Source: Deferribacterales bacterium (GTDB taxonomy: Bacteria; Chrysiogenota; Deferribacteres; Deferribacterales; Geovibrionaceae). From it: DNA of 64,000 nt. The DNA lies in contig JBFWMA010000008.1 in the NCBI GenBank assembly GCA_050251875.1, positions 32,001 to 96,000 on the forward strand. The letters are read 5' to 3'. This document shows, in pieces, positions 1-9,344 of the stretch. Position 1 is the stretch's first letter; each line of letters opens with the position of its first letter. The notes beneath the pieces were generated by a model. It was not told the origin of the DNA. It worked only from the letters and a program-made list of their open reading frames with translations, and made no database searches. The translations under genes and the position numbers were made by a program.

Positions 1-176
1 CCTTCGGACACCTTGCCTGTAAGATGGTTAACCACATGAGCCTGCTCCACATTGGGAGCCATTATCAGAGTTTCGTTACCGTATTTTTGCAGGTAATAAA
101 GGGTGAGCACGGCTTCGTGTATTTCTGAGCCGTCATACACACCGCTTCCGCTTAAAACTACACCGACCTTTGCCAT
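1..176 (-). CDS. elbB: ElbB/ES1 (DJ-1/PfpI superfamily) glyoxalase-like protein, N-terminal part, runs off the window edge
   Basis: Not in the ORF track. Manual translation from ATG at 176 gives MAKVGVVLSGSGVYDGSEIHEAVLTLYYLQKYGNETLIMAPNVEQAHVVNHLTG, the typical ElbB N-terminus. RBS AAGGAGGA at 181-188. Confidence 0.85.
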   Translation of the reverse strand, partial: MAKVGVVLSGSGVYDGSEIHEAVLTLYYLQKYGNETLIMAPNVEQAHVVNHLTGKVSE

Positions 177-236
177 GTTTTCCTCCTTAACTGTTTATTA
201 CTATGATAATACCAGCTGGAAGAATTGCAAACAAGT

Positions 237-1391
237 CTACTTGCCAAAGCAGAGCCCGGCTATGTCATCGTGGCTGTTGACGGGGACTGTAACCCTGCTT
301 ATCTCCGGATATTTATCCAGCAGAGAGCAGACGGATTCGATATCTTTCGGCTCAACTTTACGGTCTTTATAAAAAGACGCCCGCTGAACCTTGATCATGA
401 TCCTGCTCTTTTCGGGCACAGTCTGGTAGAGGCTGTTGATTATATTTCCGAGTATGCCGATGGACGTATCCACGGATACGGAGAGTTCTTTTGATATCTG
501 GTCGTGATAACCCATCACAGCCAGATAGTCGAATCCTGATTCCAGCATGGAATCAATGGACTGGGAATACCAGGCGATGCCTATCTCCCTGTCGAGAGGA
601 GTTTCATAATATACGTTCCCGGCGAACTTAATCTTCGGGTTGACCTGCATGGCGGCGGTCTTCAGCTCTCTGAAGAAATCAGTCATGGCGGCGTTCTTCC
701 ACTCCGCCCAGGGGATGAACGTGTCGGGGCATCCGCCCGGCACCTTTGTATTTTTTATTCCGGACTGACATCCGAAAAGACCCTGTTCGGTCAGCTCTAT
801 CCCTGTGTCGTTATAGTAAGCCGCCAAAGCATCCTTTGACGCTCCCTCTCTGTGGCGCAGGATAAAGTCGTCCTGAAAGAGTATGCCGTCTATGGAATAT
901 GACGCCAGATCGGCGAAAAGCCTGACAGTGATCTCTCTGGCTTCTTTATTGAATATGGAAAAACCGTAACCGTCCTTATCATTGCCATCGTCAAAATTCT
1001 TTTCCATCTTGTCAGGCGTTTTAAGGAAAGAGAGCGTGCGGGTCGCCATCCAGGCGTATATGCTCATGCCGTTCCGGTGCGCCGCTTTCACAGCCTCCCC
1101 CAGAACGTCTCTCACAACGCAGGCGCTGTCCGTCTTGAAATAGACGCCGCTTTTGCATTTTCCGGAGTCGTCACCGTAATGATATCTGTCCACGCTGTTG
1201 TGAAACACACGCAGTATCACCGTGTCGTATCCTTCGCTTTTCAGCCCTTTGAAGAATTCGTCCAGATTGCCGTCATACATTTTGTCGATTACAAATATCT
1301 GCGCCCCGCTGATACGGGGATATGAATCAGAATGAGCCGGCAGCCATGCCGAAATGAGCATGGCTGTCAGCAGTATGAATTTTTTAAGCAT
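237..1391 (-). CDS. Exported glycoside hydrolase-like protein, PgaB C-terminal (GHL13/GH153)-like TIM barrel
   Basis: Signal peptide. YAWM, DGILFQDD and LAVMGY motifs resemble the PgaB C-terminal domain. No deacetylase domain. Confidence 0.6.
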   Translation of the reverse strand: MLKKFILLTAMLISAWLPAHSDSYPRISGAQIFVIDKMYDGNLDEFFKGLKSEGYDTVILRVFHNSVDRYHYGDDSGKCKSGVYFKTDSACVVRDVLGEAVKAAHRNGMSIYAWMATRTLSFLKTPDKMEKNFDDGNDKDGYGFSIFNKEAREITVRLFADLASYSIDGILFQDDFILRHREGASKDALAAYYNDTGIELTEQGLFGCQSGIKNTKVPGGCPDTFIPWAEWKNAAMTDFFRELKTAAMQVNPKIKFAGNVYYETPLDREIGIAWYSQSIDSMLESGFDYLAVMGYHDQISKELSVSVDTSIGILGNIINSLYQTVPEKSRIMIKVQRASFYKDRKVEPKDIESVCSLLDKYPEISRVTVPVNSHDDIAGLCFGK

Positions 1392-2233
1392 TACTTCATT
1401 ATGTCCGGGTTGTAACCTGTCAGAGCCTTAATCTGTTCCGCTCTGGCTTTCGCTGATTCGTGGCTGAGTCCTGTTCCGCATCTCAGCCTGTACCAGACTC
1501 CTTTCTCTCCCAGATCTACTTTAACCAGCTGAAGGTCGCTCACCTTGCTTCTCAGACGGTGATACTCGGATTCAGCCAGCTCAAAATTTTTGAAAGAGGC
1601 AAGCTGAACATGGTATTCGCCCGGAATAACAGGCGTAACTTTCACAGCGGGTTTTGCCTCTGTTTTCTTTGGTGCCGCCTTCGGTGCTTCCGATTTTACG
1701 GCGGGTTTCGCTGTTTCTTTCTTCTCGACGGATTTGGGTGCCTCTGCCTTGGGGGCAGTATTTTTAACCGCTGGTTTGGGGGTTTCCTTCACAGCGGGCT
1801 TTACGGTTTCTTTAGGCGCCTGCGCCTTCACAGGCTCGGGTTTCACGGGCTCGGGAGCTTTCACCGGTTCTTCAGGCTTCACAGTCTCCACGGGCGGAGC
1901 GCTGAGCACAGGCTCGTCCGGAGCGGCGGCTGGCTGGGGCTCTTCTTTCGGAGCTTCCTCCTGCTTAGCCACGTTGCCTTTGTCGTCCACAACGTACGCC
2001 TGCTCTTTTCCGCTGTCAGGATCTGTCATCTGCTGCTTCATCTGCTCTTCGGTTAGTTTGGCTTCTTTCGACCCGCCTTTCAGCTTGTCGGCGAAGAAGG
2101 CAACGCCTGTCACCAGTATGGTGAAAATGATGAAAAAAACGATAAACAGAACAATGGTATTGCCAAAGTTTCTTTTGCCCTTAACGGGAGCTTCCTGCTC
2201 CTGTGTGTTGGTTTCCTTTTCGCTCACTGTCAC
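1391..2233 (-). CDS. SPOR-domain membrane protein (FtsN/DedD-like architecture)
   Basis: N-terminal TM helix, Pro/Lys/Ala/Glu-rich linker, C-terminal YHVQLASF...GVWYRLRCG SPOR motif. Start overlaps the argS stop. Confidence 0.85.
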   Translation of the reverse strand: MTVSEKETNTQEQEAPVKGKRNFGNTIVLFIVFFIIFTILVTGVAFFADKLKGGSKEAKLTEEQMKQQMTDPDSGKEQAYVVDDKGNVAKQEEAPKEEPQPAAAPDEPVLSAPPVETVKPEEPVKAPEPVKPEPVKAQAPKETVKPAVKETPKPAVKNTAPKAEAPKSVEKKETAKPAVKSEAPKAAPKKTEAKPAVKVTPVIPGEYHVQLASFKNFELAESEYHRLRSKVSDLQLVKVDLGEKGVWYRLRCGTGLSHESAKARAEQIKALTGYNPDIMK

Positions 2234-3879
2234 ATCCTGTCCGGCGCGCTGACACCCAGCAGACCAAGCCCGTTACGCACTGCATTGCCCACGGCAACGG
2301 CTATGGAGAGTCTGACTGATGTCAGTTCGCTGTCTTCAGCGTTTATTATAGTGTTATTAAAGTAGTATGCGTGAAAAAGCGCCGCAAGCTCCTGAAGATA
2401 GTAAGCCATGCGGTGGGGCTGTCTGCCTCTTGCCGCCTGTTCAAGCACACTGTTATAATCGTAAATCTTCTTGATTAACTCAAGCTCTTCTTTAGAAGAA
2501 ATTTTATCAAGGTGCGTACACAGCTCGAATTTTATGCCTTCGTTCTCCGCTTTTGAAAGCAGACTCTGAACTCTGGCATGGGCGTACTGCACATAGTAAA
2601 CAGGATTGTCCGAGGTTTTCTTTTTCGCAAGGTCTATGTCGAAATCGAACTGAGCCTCGTAATCTCTCATGGCATAGAAGAATCTGGCGGCGTCCGCCCC
2701 CACTTCCTCCACCAGCCAGTCCAGAGTGATGAATGATCCGGCTCTGGTGGACATGGATACACGCTCTCCGGATGAGAGCAGGCTCACCATCTGTATCAGG
2801 CTGACGTTGAAATCCCTGTCTTCGTATCCTATCGCCTCGATGGCGCTGCTCAGACGCTTAACGTATCCGTGGTGATCCGCTCCCCACACGTCTATGACGG
2901 ACATGAATCCTCTGTCGTATTTATTCTTATGATACGCTATGTCTGATGTAAAATATGTATATTCGCCGTTGCTCCTTTTAACCACTCTGTCCTTGTCATC
3001 GCCGAACTTGGTGGAATCGAACCAGAGAGCTCCGTCTTTCTCATATATGAATCCTCTGTCCATCAGATATTTAAGGCTGGATTCAACCTCTCCTGATTTA
3101 TAGAGTGATTTTTCGCTGAACCAAATCTCCATATCCACGTTGAAGTTTTTCAGTGTGAGCGCTATCTCCGCCGTGATGTCTTTCAGACCTCTGGCAAGAC
3201 ACAGAGCCACCGCCTCCGCCTCAGGCATTTCGGCTATTTTTTCGCCGTTCTCCTCCAGCATGGCTTTAGAGATATCTATAATATAGTCGCCCCTGTATCC
3301 GTCCTCGGGAAACTCAACGTCTCTCCCCAGAAGCTCCAGGTAGCGGACATATATGCTTTTACCCAGATTGTTCATCTGGTTTCCGGCGTCATTGATATAA
3401 TATTCCGTGTGAACATCATAGCCGGCAGCTTTCAGTATGCGGGCAAGACTGTCGCCGTAAGCGGCGTTGCGTCCGTGTCCGACATGCAGAGGTCCTGTGG
3501 GGTTCGCGCTGACGAATTCCACCATTGTCTTTCTGCCTCTGCCGTATCCGCTGGTGAAGAACTCATCGCTCTTCAGCGCCTTCTTCACTATATCCTGATA
3601 GAAAGTTTCGCTGATGCGGAAATTGATGAAACCGGGCATTACCGCTTCGGCTGATTTTATCAGAGGGTGTTTTACTGTCTCTGTTATCTTCTCGGCGATA
3701 TCCATCGGTTTTTTACGGAAGATTTTCGCCGATTTCATAGCTATGTTAGTGGCGAAATCGCCGTGGTCGGGATTGTTCGGTGTTTCTATGGTGTATTCGG
3801 GTATATCTGACTCGATTCCCTCGCTCTTCATGATTTCGGTGAGGGCTTCGTCCAGTAGGTTTTGCAGGATCTGCTTCAA
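2230..3879 (-). CDS. argS: Arginine--tRNA ligase
   Basis: HGDFATN, EFVSANPTGPLHVGHGR, WGADHHGY, MSTRAG and YVQYAHAR motifs. Probable TTG start at 3879 with a GGAG RBS. Confidence 0.97.
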   Translation of the reverse strand: MKQILQNLLDEALTEIMKSEGIESDIPEYTIETPNNPDHGDFATNIAMKSAKIFRKKPMDIAEKITETVKHPLIKSAEAVMPGFINFRISETFYQDIVKKALKSDEFFTSGYGRGRKTMVEFVSANPTGPLHVGHGRNAAYGDSLARILKAAGYDVHTEYYINDAGNQMNNLGKSIYVRYLELLGRDVEFPEDGYRGDYIIDISKAMLEENGEKIAEMPEAEAVALCLARGLKDITAEIALTLKNFNVDMEIWFSEKSLYKSGEVESSLKYLMDRGFIYEKDGALWFDSTKFGDDKDRVVKRSNGEYTYFTSDIAYHKNKYDRGFMSVIDVWGADHHGYVKRLSSAIEAIGYEDRDFNVSLIQMVSLLSSGERVSMSTRAGSFITLDWLVEEVGADAARFFYAMRDYEAQFDFDIDLAKKKTSDNPVYYVQYAHARVQSLLSKAENEGIKFELCTHLDKISSKEELELIKKIYDYNSVLEQAARGRQPHRMAYYLQELAALFHAYYFNNTIINAEDSELTSVRLSIAVAVGNAVRNGLGLLGVSAPDRM

Positions 3880-4010
3880 TTTATCGCTCCGTACATATCT
3901 TAGTGTTCGGAATATATCAGCTTCTATTTTTTTATTCAAGACAGGTTTTTTATAAAAAACAGATGCAAAATCTGTCCTTTAATCTTATAATCCATTCTAA
4001 GGAATACATA

Positions 4011-5117
4011 ATGTCAGAAACTATTTTTAATCAGGAATTTCATAAAAATATCGAAGAGACCTATCCCATGCTGATCTCAATGGCTGAGACTATGCACGAA
4101 ATGGTTATGCTGCTGGACGAAGACAGGCGGCTGGTATACTTCAACCAGCGGTTCAGCAACTTCGCCGAGCTGCACAACCTTTCCGCTGATTACGGTTCCC
4201 GTCCCGGCAACGCTTTTAAATGCGTCAACGTTTCGCTGGGAAAAGAGATATGCGGAGAGACCAGTTTCTGCCGTTACTGCGGCGCCACAAAAGCCATAGA
4301 AAAAGCACTCTGCGGACAAACCGGGCTGGAGGATTGCAGTCTGGTCTCCGAAAACGGAAACGCCTATGACCTGCGCATCAGCACGTCTTCCATAACACTC
4401 TTCGACAGACCGTACACCCTCTACTGCGTGATGGATATCAGCAGCGAAAACAGAAAGAACGCTCTGGAAAAAATATTTTTTCACGATATAAACAATCTCT
4501 CCAGCGGGCTGGGGCTGATAACAGACGTGATAAGCACCTATGCGGAAGAAGACGACATTGAGTCTCTGAAAGAAACTCTGCCTCTGCTCACATCCGCCGT
4601 CACCAACATGAACAACGAGATCAAATCCAGCTATATGCTCTCTCTGGCAGAGAAAGACGAGCTTGACATCCACCTGAAAAAGCTGGATGCCGGAGACATA
4701 ATCAGAAACGTGGCGTCTTTCTTCAAAGAGACCACGATAGACAAAAACATAGTCTTCAAAACCGTCATTCCGGAAACAGACACCCTGTGCGTCACTGACG
4801 AGAACATCATCAAGCGCATCATCATAAACATGACAAAAAATGCCGTGGAAGCCTCCGAAGACGGGGAAACAGTGACTATCGGGTTCAGAAAAGAGAACGG
4901 ATCAGACATCTTCTATGTGAAAAACCCGAAAGTGATTCCGGATGAAGTAAGAATGTCCATATTCAAAAGATCATTCTCCACCAAAGGCATCGGCAGGGGA
5001 CTCGGCACATACAGCATGCGTCTTCTGACGGAGAGATATCTGAAAGGAAAGGTATATTTTACTTCGGGAGAAGGAAAAGGGACTGTGTTTTTCGCGGAAG
5101 TGCCGTCTAGCCTTTAA
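4011..5117 (+). CDS. Cytoplasmic PAS-like/Cys-rich sensor histidine kinase
   Basis: FFHDINN H-box, NMTKNAVEA N-box, FSTKGIGRGLG G-box. N-terminal C-x9-C-x5-C-x2-C cluster. ATG 4011 follows AAGGA. Confidence 0.85.
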   Translation: MSETIFNQEFHKNIEETYPMLISMAETMHEMVMLLDEDRRLVYFNQRFSNFAELHNLSADYGSRPGNAFKCVNVSLGKEICGETSFCRYCGATKAIEKALCGQTGLEDCSLVSENGNAYDLRISTSSITLFDRPYTLYCVMDISSENRKNALEKIFFHDINNLSSGLGLITDVISTYAEEDDIESLKETLPLLTSAVTNMNNEIKSSYMLSLAEKDELDIHLKKLDAGDIIRNVASFFKETTIDKNIVFKTVIPETDTLCVTDENIIKRIIINMTKNAVEASEDGETVTIGFRKENGSDIFYVKNPKVIPDEVRMSIFKRSFSTKGIGRGLGTYSMRLLTERYLKGKVYFTSGEGKGTVFFAEVPSSL

Positions 5118-5424
5118 GATCGATCAGTGTGCCCAGCATCTCGTCCTGTGTTTTCACAGCGGCGACATTGTATTGGAAGGCACGCTTCTCAACTATCATA
5201 TTTGTCATCTCTCTGCCCAGATCAACACCGGAAGTCTGCTGTCCGCTGCTCAGCTCCACTGTGTCCTGTCTGGTTTCGGCTGCCTGTGTGTAGTCGCTGA
5301 CAGAGTTATATATGCTGGTGGCATATCCGGGCGTATTTACATTGGCAATGTTGTTCGCTGTGGCGGCGAGCTGATCCTCATAGGTTTTCAGAGCATTCAG
5401 ATTGGCAGACAGTCCTTGTATCAT
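5107..5424 (-). CDS. Short flagellar basal-body rod/hook family protein
   Basis: TANNIANVNTPGY N-terminal motif and VDLGREMTNMI...QDEMLGTLID C-terminal motif; about 105 aa. Confidence 0.8.
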   Translation of the reverse strand: MIQGLSANLNALKTYEDQLAATANNIANVNTPGYATSIYNSVSDYTQAAETRQDTVELSSGQQTSGVDLGREMTNMIVEKRAFQYNVAAVKTQDEMLGTLIDLKG

Positions 5425-5470
5425 TACGCACCTTCTGTTATAATTATTAATACTTTTTAGGAGGATTTCA

Positions 5471-5893
5471 ATGACAAATGTATCTGATGAACAATTAAAA
5501 GAGCTTATAAAAAACGCGAAAACTGTCGCCATAGTCGGCGCATCAAATAAACCCGAAAGAGCCAGCAACGGAATAATGAAATTTCTGATGAAGAACGGAT
5601 ATCAGTGCATCCCCGTGAACCCCATAGAAAAAGAGGTTCTGGGCGTGCCCACCATCGATTCTCTGGACGAGCTGACCTTCGAACCTGACATAGTGGACGT
5701 TTTCCGCCAGAGCGCCTTCGCCGCAGAAGTGGTGCGTGAGGCTTGCGGAAAAAACGCCAAGCTCATCTGGCTTCAGGAGGGTGTGGAAAGCCCCGAGGCG
5801 CAGAAGATCGCCGCTGTCTCCGGTATTCCCTATGTCGAGGACAAATGTATCTTTAAAGAATATCTGAGACTCGGACTGGTATCAGAAAAATAA
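5471..5893 (+). CDS. CoA-binding protein (YccU-like)
   Basis: VAIVGASNKPERAS, DIVDVFR and IWLQEG motifs; AGGAGG RBS. Confidence 0.9.
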   Translation: MTNVSDEQLKELIKNAKTVAIVGASNKPERASNGIMKFLMKNGYQCIPVNPIEKEVLGVPTIDSLDELTFEPDIVDVFRQSAFAAEVVREACGKNAKLIWLQEGVESPEAQKIAAVSGIPYVEDKCIFKEYLRLGLVSEK

Positions 5894-6747
5894 TGAAAAG
5901 ACTGCTGATCGCCCTCTTTCTGCTGACGGCGGTATCTCTGAGCGCCCAGACGCTTAAGCTGGGCACTATCACTCCTTTTCCGCCCAGAGATGACGACCGG
6001 CTGTATAATCTGGGCTCTTATCTGCACGACTCCATAAAAAACGGCGGATATCAGAATTTCGCCGTTTACACCGCACAGGGAACGGACATGAGCCGCTTTC
6101 TGAAGCTGATTAAATCCGACAGGATAGATGTAGTCATCGCTGATTATTATCAGTCTGCCGTGATAGCCAGACATGAGGGTTTCACCCCTGTACTGACCGC
6201 CAGAAAGAACGGATCGCTCTATGAAACATCCGTTATCTTCACACTGAAAGACTCCGGCATATACAGGCTGAGCGACCTGAAAGGCAGAAAAACCGCCCTG
6301 ACCTACGACAGCTCCGCCACGGGAAGCTATCTTCCTCTGGAGATGATGAAGAAAGCCGGACTGAATATTTATCCCTCCGGAAGCACATCGAAAACAGAAA
6401 ACGGAATGACAGGATTTTTCTATGCCGGCAGTGAACAAGACACAGCTCTGGCTGTCTATCTGAGAAAAGCGGAAACAGGGGCGATGTCTGAATACGCTTT
6501 TTACAATCTTATCCCGGATATCTACAAACCTTCTCTGAGAGTGATCGGCAGATCGGAATCTGTCTACGCTCTCTTTGTGATGCTGAACAATAAAATGACC
6601 TCTAAACAGAAAGAGGCTGTGACGGACGCTCTGCAACACGCTCAGAATGACGCCAAAGGGATGAAGATACTTGAGGATTTAGGCATTGACGGGCTTTATC
6701 CGGTGGGTTTCGACTGGGAAACTCTTTTTAGTTTTGTTTTGAAATAA
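5893..6747 (+). CDS. PhnD/phosphonate-type periplasmic substrate-binding protein
   Basis: Signal peptide; DLKGRKTA and SATGSYLP motifs. No ABC permease adjacent. Confidence 0.75.
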   Translation: MKRLLIALFLLTAVSLSAQTLKLGTITPFPPRDDDRLYNLGSYLHDSIKNGGYQNFAVYTAQGTDMSRFLKLIKSDRIDVVIADYYQSAVIARHEGFTPVLTARKNGSLYETSVIFTLKDSGIYRLSDLKGRKTALTYDSSATGSYLPLEMMKKAGLNIYPSGSTSKTENGMTGFFYAGSEQDTALAVYLRKAETGAMSEYAFYNLIPDIYKPSLRVIGRSESVYALFVMLNNKMTSKQKEAVTDALQHAQNDAKGMKILEDLGIDGLYPVGFDWETLFSFVLK

Positions 6748-6823
6748 TTCAGATCAGAATACTGTGGACATAGCACGCCAAGCTGATATAATATCGCCTC
6801 AATAAATAACGGTATGGGTCAGA

Positions 6824-7996
6824 ATGAAAAAACTTTTTATATCAATAATATTATTTGTATTTATCATAAATATGTCCTCCTTCGCGGATGACACAAAGAA
6901 CGGCAGAAAACTTTTTCTGAAATCAGATATAACGCTGTCAGGCGATGACGAATTCAAAGAGGACGACAACAAAAATGTCGACCCCATGAACTGGAAAGAC
7001 GACACCCGCTTCTCCAGAACACCCAAACTCCCCCAGCAGGAACAGCCGAAACAGCCCCAGCAGACACAGCCGGCTGTGACAGCGCAGACAGGCGAAAAGA
7101 AATGCTACTATGTTACTTCTCAGGTAACCAGCATCAGAAGCACCCCCTCTTTTCTGGCGGACAGAATAGGCATCTATAAGTATGGTAACTATATCTGCGA
7201 GCAGAACAGAATGGGCGACTGGATCAATACCGGAACAGGATGGGTCAATACCAAATCCCTCTCCGCAAAAAATCCCGCCGAGACACCCGCTGTGAAAACA
7301 GAAAGCAAGCCCGCCGTTATGAAAACCGCACCAAAAGAAGAACCGAAACCTGTAACGGAAAAACCGAAAGAAACTCCTGTTCAGGCGCCTCAGCAGGCAA
7401 AGCAGGAACAAAAAGAACAGAAAAAACAGACACAGATCATAAAATACATCACCGGCGCTAAGGTAAACATACGCTCTAAGCCGGACACAGCTTCCGGTGT
7501 AGCCGGACAATATGTGAAAAACGAAAAGGTGGAGATTTTAGAAGTCACCACCGGATGGTTCAGAACAGATAAAGGCTGGGTCAGCGCCGAATATCTCTCC
7601 GACTCACCCGCCAGCGGTTCACCCGTTGCGGCAAAGCAGGAAAAACCGAAAATCATCAAATGTATGTATGTTTCCTACAAAAAAGCGAATATCAGGAAAG
7701 AAGCCGATAAAAGATCAAAAAATCTGGGCGATTATGACAACGGCGACAAAGTGTGCTTCTACGAGTTCAAAGGCGACTGGGGCAGAAGCGACAGAGGCTG
7801 GGTCAATCTCTATAACCTGAAAGACGTGAAATGTATGTCAGTCACTTCAAAAACGCTGAACGTGCGCAAGACAGCCTCAGCCAAGGCGAAGGTTGTTCAG
7901 GTGCTGAAAAAAGGTCAGCAGGTCTGCGAATATGACAGAAAGAACGGCTGGGTATACACGGGCAAAGGCTGGGTCAGCGGAAACTATCTGCGCTAG
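6824..7996 (+). CDS. Exported protein with four SH3b-like domains
   Basis: Signal peptide; four repeats of the form (N/S)(I/V)R...GWVxxxxL, partly separated by Gln/Pro/Lys-rich linkers. Confidence 0.8.
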   Translation: MKKLFISIILFVFIINMSSFADDTKNGRKLFLKSDITLSGDDEFKEDDNKNVDPMNWKDDTRFSRTPKLPQQEQPKQPQQTQPAVTAQTGEKKCYYVTSQVTSIRSTPSFLADRIGIYKYGNYICEQNRMGDWINTGTGWVNTKSLSAKNPAETPAVKTESKPAVMKTAPKEEPKPVTEKPKETPVQAPQQAKQEQKEQKKQTQIIKYITGAKVNIRSKPDTASGVAGQYVKNEKVEILEVTTGWFRTDKGWVSAEYLSDSPASGSPVAAKQEKPKIIKCMYVSYKKANIRKEADKRSKNLGDYDNGDKVCFYEFKGDWGRSDRGWVNLYNLKDVKCMSVTSKTLNVRKTASAKAKVVQVLKKGQQVCEYDRKNGWVYTGKGWVSGNYLR

Positions 7997-7997
7997 A

Positions 7998-8405
7998 TCA
8001 AAAACCTTCCAGAAGTTTTTCCAGCAGACGGCTGAGGTCTTTCCTCTCTTTTTCATCCATGGATGACGTTATCTCTTTTGTCAGGAGCAGGTGCATGTCG
8101 TCATGCGCCTCGAAAAGCTCTTTTCCGCTCGCAGTGAGCCCCACCAGAGTGGATCGTCTGTCCTGCTCGTTCGGTTTTCTCTCCACATATCCGGTCTTTT
8201 CCAGCTTATCTATATTGATAGTCATGGTTCCCGTGGTTATGCCCATCTTGGCGGCGAGCTCTTTCATCTTCATGTCGCCGTGAGCACCGAGCACCTCTAT
8301 GGTGTGTACCTGCTGAAGCGTAAGCCCTGTGCCACGCACCATGTCGTTTTCCCAAGATGACATCTTGTCATAAAACTCGACCAGAATTCTGGAAAGCTCT
8401 TTCAT
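7998..8405 (-). CDS. MarR family transcriptional regulator
   Basis: Winged HTH: KMKELAAKMGITTGTMT...LEKTGYVER...DRRS. Confidence 0.92.
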   Translation of the reverse strand: MKELSRILVEFYDKMSSWENDMVRGTGLTLQQVHTIEVLGAHGDMKMKELAAKMGITTGTMTINIDKLEKTGYVERKPNEQDRRSTLVGLTASGKELFEAHDDMHLLLTKEITSSMDEKERKDLSRLLEKLLEGF

Positions 8406-8408
8406 ATC

Positions 8409-9047
8409 CTACCCCAGATACAGTGATAAGCCTCCGAAAACAACTGTGAGCGCTCCGGTGGAACGCATCAGAATATTTTCAATCTTGTGGCTATGCATTT
8501 TATGCACAAGTTCGCTTATCTTGTAAATGGCAAATATCACAGCGGAAACAGCCAGCCCTGTGGTGACGGCGTATGCGCCGAAGACGAAAACACCGTAAAT
8601 GGCGCTCTTGGCGTTCAGACCATATCCATACATCAGGCTGAGAGTGGGACAGGGAATTATCATGTTTACGAAGCCAATGGTAAAAAGCCCCGCCATGCCG
8701 GTTTTTCTGGGTTTTGATTCGCAGTGATCGTGGGAATGGAGCAGTGACGGTCTATACATCAGCACCAGACCCAGAACGATTATCACGCCGGCAACAGTGT
8801 ATTCCAGATATTTGAACACGCTCTCGGGAATCCTTCCGGATATAGCGCCTATAGCGTATCCCATCAGCAGACAGGCAAGAGCCGTCCCGCTGATGAACGA
8901 CAGGGTATAGGCGGCAACGCTCTTTCCGCTCTTATTCCCGGAAACAAATGGAGCAAGGACAACCCATGAGTGTCCGCACGGATTGACCCCGTGGATGAGC
9001 CCCAGCACCATAGATGAATTCAAAGCTATCAGAAACATATCGTTCAT
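8409..9047 (-). CDS. DsbD/UreH/NiCoT-like (TauE/SafE-annotated) metal-related membrane protein
   Basis: About six TM helices; HGVNPCGHSW, HSHDH and IPCP motifs. Confidence 0.65.
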   Translation of the reverse strand: MNDMFLIALNSSMVLGLIHGVNPCGHSWVVLAPFVSGNKSGKSVAAYTLSFISGTALACLLMGYAIGAISGRIPESVFKYLEYTVAGVIIVLGLVLMYRPSLLHSHDHCESKPRKTGMAGLFTIGFVNMIIPCPTLSLMYGYGLNAKSAIYGVFVFGAYAVTTGLAVSAVIFAIYKISELVHKMHSHKIENILMRSTGALTVVFGGLSLYLG

Positions 9048-9064
9048 ATCGCACCTCTGTTTGT

Positions 9065-9129
9065 TTTGACTATCAAGCTAAACATACACAGAGTTATTTC
9101 TATTGTCAAGTAATTTGATTATCAAGCTA
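9065..9129 (-). promoter_or_regulatory. Sigma70 promoter of the permease-marR operon flanked by two TTGA-N3-TCAA operators
   Basis: Minus-strand TTGACA (9109-9104), 17-bp spacer, TG-extended TATGTT (9086-9081). TTTGAyTATCAAGCTA occurs at 9065-9080 and 9114-9129. Confidence 0.65.
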
Positions 9130-9159
9130 TTTTTTAATGAAAAAGATGTAATATCTTTC

Positions 9160-9188
9160 TTGACATCTCCATGAGAAAACAGTATAAA
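9160..9188 (+). promoter_or_regulatory. Sigma70 promoter of tRNA-Leu
   Basis: TTGACA (9160-9165), 17 bp, TATAAA (9183-9188), 10 bp upstream of the tRNA. Confidence 0.8.
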
Positions 9189-9198
9189 ACTCTTCCAC

Positions 9199-9283
9199 GC
9201 CGAAGTGGTGGAATTGGTAGACACGCAGGTTTCAGGTACCTGTGGGCGTCAAGCCTGTGGGGGTTCGAGTCCCCCCTTCGGCA
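9199..9283 (+). tRNA. tRNA-Leu(CAG); CCA not encoded
   Basis: GCCGAAG/CTTCGGC acceptor stem, GGAATTGGTAGAC D-loop, CAGGT-TTCAGGT-ACCTG anticodon arm, long variable arm, GGTTCGAGTCC T-arm. Confidence 0.95.
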
Positions 9284-9290
9284 TACAAAG

Positions 9291-9319
9291 AAAAGGGATG
9301 CAAACGCATCCCTTTTTTT
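9291..9319 (+). terminator. Rho-independent terminator after tRNA-Leu
   Basis: AAAAGGGATGC-AAAC-GCATCCC followed by T7. Confidence 0.85.
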
Positions 9320-9344
9320 GTTTCCTCCGGCGGGACGAGAACGA

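Noticed and set aside
1640..1970. Low-complexity repeats in the SPOR gene
   Set aside because: Ordinary Pro/Lys/Ala/Glu linker coding sequence, not a DNA element.
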